Below are positions 57,867 to 64,000 of a stretch of DNA of 64,000 bases, one piece after another. The DNA is taken from the NCBI GenBank assembly GCA_964590105.1, contig CAZPYM010000002.1, forward strand, positions 218,697 through 282,696, in the 5' to 3' direction. The first letter of the stretch is position 1. Each line of letters begins with the position of its first letter. The notes beneath the pieces were generated by a model. The model was not told the DNA's origin and made no database searches. It saw only the letters and a program-made list of their open reading frames with translations. Source of the stretch: an uncultured Gammaproteobacteria bacterium. GTDB lineage: Bacteria; Patescibacteriota; Patescibacteriia; UBA11705; JABHMO01. The translations under genes and the position numbers were made by a program.

Positions 57867-60740
57867 ATGAGTAATCAAATTTCCATCAGAGGCGCCAGAG
57901 TCAATAATTTGAAAAACATTGACATTGACATTCCTCGCAATAAATTGGTGGTTGTCACGGGGCTCTCCGGTTCAGGAAAATCTTCATTAGCCTTTGACAC
58001 AGTTTATGCTGAGGGCCAGCGTCGCTATGTTGAAAGCTTGTCTTCTTACGCCCGTCAATTTCTTGAAGTAAAGGAAAAGCCGGATGTTGATCAGATTACC
58101 GGCCTTTCGCCGGCGATTGCCATTGACCAGCGTTACAGCGCGCAAAATCCTCGGTCAACTGTCGGCACAATTACGGAAATTTATGACATGCTTCGCCTGA
58201 TGTTCAGCCGTATCGGCCATCCTCATTGTCCCAGCTGTGGGCATGAAGTGTCCCGCCAGACAGTGGAAGAAATCGTAGAAAAAATATGGAGCATCAATCA
58301 CAAAGTCAATGTTTCCATTTTGGCGCCGATTATTCGCGAACAAAAGGGCTCGCATCGGAAAATTTTTGACGAAATTCGCAAGGCTAATTATTACCAGGTT
58401 CGGTTGGACGGAATATTATATAGCATTGAAGAAGTTGAACAGATTGAAATTGATAAACAGAAAAAACATACAGTGGAAGTGGTGGTTGACCGCATCCTGC
58501 TTGACGGCGACAAGGAAACAAAGGATCAACTTTTCGAATCAACAAAAGTAGCGGCTGACCTGGGAAACGGCTTGGTGGTTGTGTTGCGTTCGGACAAAGC
58601 CGGAGATACATTATTCAGTCAATATTATACTTGTCCAAAGTGTGACATAGATTTGCCGGAAATTGAACTGCGCAGTTTTTCTTTTAATTCGCCGTTTGGT
58701 GCCTGTCCTGTTTGTTCTGGCCTCGGCACGAAAATGGAAGTTGACCCGGAACTTGTAATCAGTAATCCTCGATTAACTCTGGCGCAGGGAGCCATCAAAC
58801 CGTGGACAAAAATATTTTCCAATCAAACTTCGATTTGGCAACTTCTGGCCGCCGTAGCCAAGCGCCACAGATTTTCCATTGACGTGCCAGTAGAAAAATT
58901 ATCCAAAAAAGCTTTGGACATTGTGCTTTGCGGCACCGGGGATGAAGAATATGAAGTCGGAACAAAAAGCTTGGTTTTTGAAGGAGTGCTGCCCGGTCTG
59001 GAAAATAAACACAAAGAAACAGATTCTGATTACATTCGTCGAGAAATCGAAAAATATATGCGCCAGCATGTTTGTCCTGAGTGCTCGGGCAAACGATTGA
59101 AAAAAGAAAGTTTGGCTGTGACTGTCGGTGGCCGGACAATAATTGATTATACTGACGTGGCGATTGCTGATTTGAAAAGCATGATCAGTGAGTTGCTCAA
59201 AAGCGCAAAATACAAAGGTAAAAAATTACCCAAAAAAGAATTTGAATATATTACGGAAGCAATTAATAATACTGAATTCAAAGTGGCGGGCGCAGTGATC
59301 AAGGAAATTGACCGCCGAGTCGGTTTTATGGAAAATGTTGGGCTTGATTATCTGACCCTTGGCCGTAGCGCCACCTCGCTGTCAGGCGGAGAAGCGCAGA
59401 GAATCCGTCTGGCCACACAATTGGGTTCATCTTTGTCTGAAGTCATTTATGTTTTGGATGAGCCGTCAATTGGCTTGCATCCGGCTGACAATAATAAACT
59501 GATCAAAACACTGAAAGAATTAAGAGACAAGGGAAATTCAGTCATTGTTGTTGAACACGACGAAGATATGATGCGGGCGGCTGATTATATTATTGATGTT
59601 GGGCCAGGCGCGGGAATTTACGGCGGAGAAGTGGTGGCGCAGGGGACAATTGACGTTATTAAAAAAAACCCAAAGTCATTGACCGGAAAATATTTATCCG
59701 GCAAAGAAAAAATTGAAATAATAAAAAAACAAAAAAGATCAATTTCAAAGGTAATTGAGATCAGGGGAGCCAAAGCGTTTAATCTGAAAAATCTTGACAT
59801 AAAAATTCCGCTTGGCAATCTGGTGGCCATCACCGGCGTGTCCGGCTCTGGCAAGTCAACTCTGATGACCGAGATTTTGTCAAAAGCGCTGGCCCGTTAT
59901 TTTTACCGATCCAAAGATTTGCCGGCTGAACATAAAGAAATAAGAGGTTTGGAAAATGTTGATAAAGTGATTACCATTGACCAGTCGCCAATCGGCCGCA
60001 CGCCGCGTTCAAATCCCGCGACTTATACCGGCGTTTTTACTTATATCCGCGACCTATTTACTTTGGTTCCCGAGGCAAAGATAAAAGGTTATGATGCCGG
60101 CCGCTTTAGTTTCAATGTCAAAGGCGGACGCTGTGAAGCTTGTGGTGGCGACGGATTGATAAAAATTGAAATGCAGTTTTTGCCGGATGTTTATGTGGAA
60201 TGCGCCGAATGCAAAGGTCGGCGCTACAATAAAAAAACTTTGGAAATTCATTACCGCGGGAAAAATATTGCCGACGTGCTGGACATGACTGTGGCGGAAG
60301 CTAAAATATTTTTTGGCGATACGCCGATTTTGAATGAAAAATTGAGCGTGCTGGAAGAAGTGGGTCTCGGCTATTTAACGCTTGGCCAGCCGGCGACAAC
60401 TCTCTCGGGTGGCGAGGCGCAAAGGATCAAGCTGGCAACTGAATTATCTCGTTATGCCACGGGCAAGACTTTGTACATTCTAGACGAGCCGACGACTGGA
60501 CTGCATTTTGACGATATTAAAAGGTTGCTATATATTTTGGATCGTCTGGTTGAAAAAGGAAATTCTGTTTTGATTATTGAGCACAATTTGGAAGTAATAA
60601 AAAATTGCGATTGGATTATTGACCTCGGGCCGGAGGGTGGCGACCGCGGCGGTTATTTGATTGCCGAGGGAACGCCGGCGCAAGTGGCCAGAGTGGCCGG
60701 GTCGGCAACGGGGCAGTATTTGAAAAGAGTTTTGAAATAA
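57867..60740 (+). CDS. uvrA: Excinuclease ABC subunit A
   Basis: Two GxSGSGKS motifs, LSGGEAQRI twice, zinc fingers. Confidence 0.97.
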   Translation: MSNQISIRGARVNNLKNIDIDIPRNKLVVVTGLSGSGKSSLAFDTVYAEGQRRYVESLSSYARQFLEVKEKPDVDQITGLSPAIAIDQRYSAQNPRSTVGTITEIYDMLRLMFSRIGHPHCPSCGHEVSRQTVEEIVEKIWSINHKVNVSILAPIIREQKGSHRKIFDEIRKANYYQVRLDGILYSIEEVEQIEIDKQKKHTVEVVVDRILLDGDKETKDQLFESTKVAADLGNGLVVVLRSDKAGDTLFSQYYTCPKCDIDLPEIELRSFSFNSPFGACPVCSGLGTKMEVDPELVISNPRLTLAQGAIKPWTKIFSNQTSIWQLLAAVAKRHRFSIDVPVEKLSKKALDIVLCGTGDEEYEVGTKSLVFEGVLPGLENKHKETDSDYIRREIEKYMRQHVCPECSGKRLKKESLAVTVGGRTIIDYTDVAIADLKSMISELLKSAKYKGKKLPKKEFEYITEAINNTEFKVAGAVIKEIDRRVGFMENVGLDYLTLGRSATSLSGGEAQRIRLATQLGSSLSEVIYVLDEPSIGLHPADNNKLIKTLKELRDKGNSVIVVEHDEDMMRAADYIIDVGPGAGIYGGEVVAQGTIDVIKKNPKSLTGKYLSGKEKIEIIKKQKRSISKVIEIRGAKAFNLKNLDIKIPLGNLVAITGVSGSGKSTLMTEILSKALARYFYRSKDLPAEHKEIRGLENVDKVITIDQSPIGRTPRSNPATYTGVFTYIRDLFTLVPEAKIKGYDAGRFSFNVKGGRCEACGGDGLIKIEMQFLPDVYVECAECKGRRYNKKTLEIHYRGKNIADVLDMTVAEAKIFFGDTPILNEKLSVLEEVGLGYLTLGQPATTLSGGEAQRIKLATELSRYATGKTLYILDEPTTGLHFDDIKRLLYILDRLVEKGNSVLIIEHNLEVIKNCDWIIDLGPEGGDRGGYLIAEGTPAQVARVAGSATGQYLKRVLK

Positions 60741-60837
60741 ATTGAATTGTATAAAAAAATATCGGACAGTACTTTGGCCGGTATTTTTTCATTTTTAAAA
60801 TTTTATATATTCTTTCCTGATTCTCTTTCCTGTTCTC

Positions 60838-61212
60838 TTATTTAATTTCCTTCATCCGTTTATGTTTGCTTTTCAAGAAGCCGAGTTTTGACTGGCGCAC
60901 TTTTTGTGTTTTTATTACGTTGATTTTTTTGACAGTTGGCGAATGAAGAGGGAAAATTTTTTCCACGCCCACGCCGCCTGAAACTTTATAAACAGTGATT
61001 GTGGCATTAATCCCTTTGCCATGCTTGCGACCGAGGACTGTGCCTTCGAAAATCTGAATCCTTTTTTTTTCCTCGCCCTTTGGGTTTAATTCTGTGATTT
61101 CCTGGTGAACGCGAACAACAGTTCCGGGCTGAACTTTTGGAAATGTTCGGTCAATTTTTACTTCTTTTTCCGGAGCTGTTTTTTTTTCATCTACTGCTTT
61201 ATCTTCTGGCAT
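60838..61212 (-). CDS. rplS: 50S ribosomal protein L19
   Basis: PG..VRVH..I.E..K.RIQIFEG.V, GVGVEKIFPLHSP, KVRQSKL. Confidence 0.93.
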   Translation of the reverse strand: MPEDKAVDEKKTAPEKEVKIDRTFPKVQPGTVVRVHQEITELNPKGEEKKRIQIFEGTVLGRKHGKGINATITVYKVSGGVGVEKIFPLHSPTVKKINVIKTQKVRQSKLGFLKSKHKRMKEIK

Positions 61213-61375
61213 ATTGTAACGGGGGTAACAGGTGTAACAGGTGTAACGGGTGTAACAGGTGTTTAATCACTTGTTACGCTTCTAACACTTGTTCCACTTC
61301 TATCACCTGTTTCACTTATTGTCGTTATTTTTAACTGAGTTTTAGTATAGATTAATTTGTAATATAAGTCAAGAG

Positions 61376-61927
61376 TTAATTATTTTCAATTAATGCCCGC
61401 GTTTTGGCGACTGCCTGGTCGATTTTGTTTTGTTCATTGATAACACGAAAATCATATTCATCGGCTTGTTTTAATTCTCTTTCTATTTGTTCCCAGCGTT
61501 TGGCGAACGCTTCATCGGTCATTGGTCTCTGGCGGATACGGGTTTTTAGATTTTCCAAATTGTCCGGCAGAATAAATATTGATTTAGCTTCGGGAAAAAC
61601 CTTTTTTACGGTGCGTACGCCATTGACGTCGAGCAGGATTATGGCGATTTTTTCTTGCTCCCAGATTTTTTCCAGGTCGCGTCGGCTGTTGCCGTAATAA
61701 TTGCCATAGTGCTCATCGTATTCAAACATTTCATTGCTCTGTATTTTTTTTTCAAATTCCTCGCGGCTGATAAAATGATAATCTTGGCCATTGATTTCAC
61801 CTGGCCTGGGTTCGCGAGTAACACAAGTAACTAGCCGTTCTAGCTTGGGCATTTGTTTTAATAATTCGTAAGCAATGGTGGTTTTTCCGACGCCGGAAGT
61901 GCCGGATATTAGAAAGAGTTTATTCAT
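61376..61927 (-). CDS. gmk: Guanylate kinase
   Basis: SGTSGVGKTT, TREPRPGEINGQDYHF, YGNYYG. Confidence 0.93.
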   Translation of the reverse strand: MNKLFLISGTSGVGKTTIAYELLKQMPKLERLVTCVTREPRPGEINGQDYHFISREEFEKKIQSNEMFEYDEHYGNYYGNSRRDLEKIWEQEKIAIILLDVNGVRTVKKVFPEAKSIFILPDNLENLKTRIRQRPMTDEAFAKRWEQIERELKQADEYDFRVINEQNKIDQAVAKTRALIENN

Positions 61928-62012
61928 AAGAACGTTTAAAATTTTAAATTTAGGAATTGATTCGTTTGGAAATTTGAAATTGGTAATTTAATAAAAATTG
62001 CAAGATTGTAAA

Positions 62013-63734
62013 TCAAAGTCGTTTCAAGATCTCGTCCGCCACCTCCTCCCGATTATTTCCCCGAACTTTATCTTTATATTCTAAAATCAAGGCTTTGTTT
62101 TTTTGTAAAAATTTAACAGCTTCTTCTTTGCCACTAATTTTTCCGGAATCAATCAAATCAGACATAACATAAGTTAAGGCTCCGATAAGCGGTCCACCCT
62201 TAATTTCCAGTGTTTGCATCATTATTTGGCCGTCGGCAAATTTTTCTTCAGGCAATTCGGTCCGGATTTGTTTAATCTGATTGATTCTTTTCAAAGTGTC
62301 CAAAAAATTATTCATTGGCGAAGAACCGTCCGGTCGAATGCTTGAGTTTGCGTCAAGGTAGAACAGCATTAACAAGTCTTGAGAATGCGGACTGTCAATA
62401 AATCGTCTGGCGAATTTATATGTACTGACGTTAAAAATATTTGTTATAGTCATGGCAAACATATGGTTTTCAACCATGAATTTTAGTTTCGCAGTTTGAA
62501 AATCAGACAAGTTAAATCTGGTGGCGATTTTTCCGACTATTTTTGCTCCACCAGTGTCGTGGCTGTTGAATCTGACTCTATCAACGCCGTGATCTTCCGG
62601 CGTTTGCTTTGTTTCCGGCTTGCCAATGTCGTGCAAAATCACGCCGAGCGCAAATTCGCCGGTAATATGTGAGCCTTTAAAATATTTTCTGAATTCTTCA
62701 GAGCGAATCTTTTCCAGCATCATTTTTGTGTGCTGCCACACGTCTCCTTCGGCGTGAAATTCCGCCGGTTGTTCGCAGCCTTTCAGTTTTAGAACTTCCG
62801 GCAAAAGTTTTTCCAAAGCGCCGAACTCATCGAGCAGTTCGAGCGCCCGAGCCGGATTTTCTTTCAGCGACTTCAAAAGCTCCACCGCAATTGTTTCGCG
62901 CGGCACTACGAATTCTTGTTTTTCCGCGTTTGGATTTGCTTGTTTTTGTTTTTCAATTTTGCTTTGCAGTTTTTTCTGGTCTAAATCATTAGTGGCGAGC
63001 GTCATTTGTCTTTCTAGTGATTCGACAATAGGAATTTCGCGCTGGTCATTGATATGCGGCATTAAATTCATTATGGCTAGTTTTGTTTGCGGCTCAATTT
63101 CAAAATCAAAGCGGCAGGCAAAGCGGATGGCGCGTAGCATTCTGGAATAATCTTCCTGAAAGCGGTCTTCCGGCCGGCCGACACAGCGAATTTTTTTATT
63201 ACGTAAATCTTCCTGGCCGTTAAACGGATCAACAAGCTGATTTGCGCCCATATTCCAGGCAATCGCATTGATAGTCAGATCGCGTCTGGATAAATCTTCT
63301 TCAATCGGCAAAGTGTGATCGGATTTTGCTTCCACGTCGCGGTAGCCGCCTGTGCCCACTGGAAGCTCTGTTCTAGGTAGAGCAATGTCAATCGGTTCGC
63401 GCAAGGTTGAGCCGGTGGGGGTAAATTTAATCACGCCAAAATTGCGGCCGACAAAATCAACCCGCCCCATTTTTTGCAAAACAGCAACAAGTTTTTTCAT
63501 TTCAACACCGCGGGCGATAAAGTCATAATCTTTTGAAGTCGGATGTTTTAAAATAGTGTCCCTGACCATGCCACCAACCAAATAAAATTCCAGTTCCGGC
63601 AATTCTTGAAAAAGCCGGCTGGTAAATTCTAAATTGGATTCGTTTTTTAGTTTTGTTTCGAACCTTTTGATTAATTCCGGATCGGTTTTTTTTTCTTCCG
63701 GCGGATCTGTTTGTGGTTTATGCGGATTAAACAT
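62013..63734 (-). CDS. cca: CCA tRNA nucleotidyltransferase with HD domain
   Basis: YLVGGMVRD, DYD, DLSRRDLTINA, RFQEDYSRMLRA.RF, HAEGDVWQH, LHDIGKP. Confidence 0.9.
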   Translation of the reverse strand: MFNPHKPQTDPPEEKKTDPELIKRFETKLKNESNLEFTSRLFQELPELEFYLVGGMVRDTILKHPTSKDYDFIARGVEMKKLVAVLQKMGRVDFVGRNFGVIKFTPTGSTLREPIDIALPRTELPVGTGGYRDVEAKSDHTLPIEEDLSRRDLTINAIAWNMGANQLVDPFNGQEDLRNKKIRCVGRPEDRFQEDYSRMLRAIRFACRFDFEIEPQTKLAIMNLMPHINDQREIPIVESLERQMTLATNDLDQKKLQSKIEKQKQANPNAEKQEFVVPRETIAVELLKSLKENPARALELLDEFGALEKLLPEVLKLKGCEQPAEFHAEGDVWQHTKMMLEKIRSEEFRKYFKGSHITGEFALGVILHDIGKPETKQTPEDHGVDRVRFNSHDTGGAKIVGKIATRFNLSDFQTAKLKFMVENHMFAMTITNIFNVSTYKFARRFIDSPHSQDLLMLFYLDANSSIRPDGSSPMNNFLDTLKRINQIKQIRTELPEEKFADGQIMMQTLEIKGGPLIGALTYVMSDLIDSGKISGKEEAVKFLQKNKALILEYKDKVRGNNREEVADEILKRL

Positions 63735-63819
63735 AAGTTAATAAGAAGATTTAGCGGGGCAAGAGGAGGGAGAGGGGAAAGAAGGGGAGAAAATTGAAGT
63801 AATAAGTTGAATGATTACA

Positions 63820-63999
63820 TTAGAAACCTGAAAATTCAGCCGGCAACTTGGACTCAAAATTTTGTTCATGGTTTTCCTGATCAACAAAACTTAATTTAGC
63901 TGCGTGCAAAAGCAGTTGTTTGGTTTTTAATTTTAATTTCAGGGCCGCGCCCATACTTTTGGCTTTTAATTTTGAATTTTGAACTCTATAAACTTGATC
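63820..63999 (-). CDS. C-terminus of RluA-family pseudouridine synthase (partial)
   Basis: DQVY...LLLHAAKLSF...FESKLPAEF* read on - strand. Confidence 0.6.
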   Translation of the reverse strand, partial: DQVYRVQNSKLKAKSMGAALKLKLKTKQLLLHAAKLSFVDQENHEQNFESKLPAEFSGF

Positions 64000-64000
64000 A

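Overview
Roughly 40% GC bacterial chromosome segment, genetic code 11. Its gene content is typical of a CPR/Patescibacteria (Parcubacteria-like) genome: mostly SD-less housekeeping genes, several TrmB-family regulators, DUF4012, a CPR-type pilin and a compact RNase P RNA. This taxonomic call is an inference. Core genes are infB, trxA/trxB, malic enzyme, gdhA, rnhB, leuS, three GT4 glycosyltransferases, a sugar transferase, rnpB, trpS, rnj, secG, a pyruvate:ferredoxin oxidoreductase operon, uvrA, rplS, gmk and a CCA-adding enzyme. Accessory islands with strong SD sites sit between them. The most notable items are: (1) a tandem TrmB pair bracketed by two Cys/Gly repeat-peptide genes (CGPAGL x7; GCFGGGPGC x2); (2) a TrmB-linked island of three radical SAM enzymes; (3) a solitary integron-like cassette (SSS transporter plus attC-like site); (4) a tRNA-Lys/tRNA-Ala transcript with highly structured GC-rich spacers; (5) several unannotated microproteins (RHH, secreted Gly/Cys peptide, zinc finger) and an ArfA-like protein; (6) a GxxExxY pseudogene in inverted short-repeat arrays, with many similar empty arrays elsewhere, some in-frame inside genes. 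All calls come from reading motifs by eye; no searches were run.
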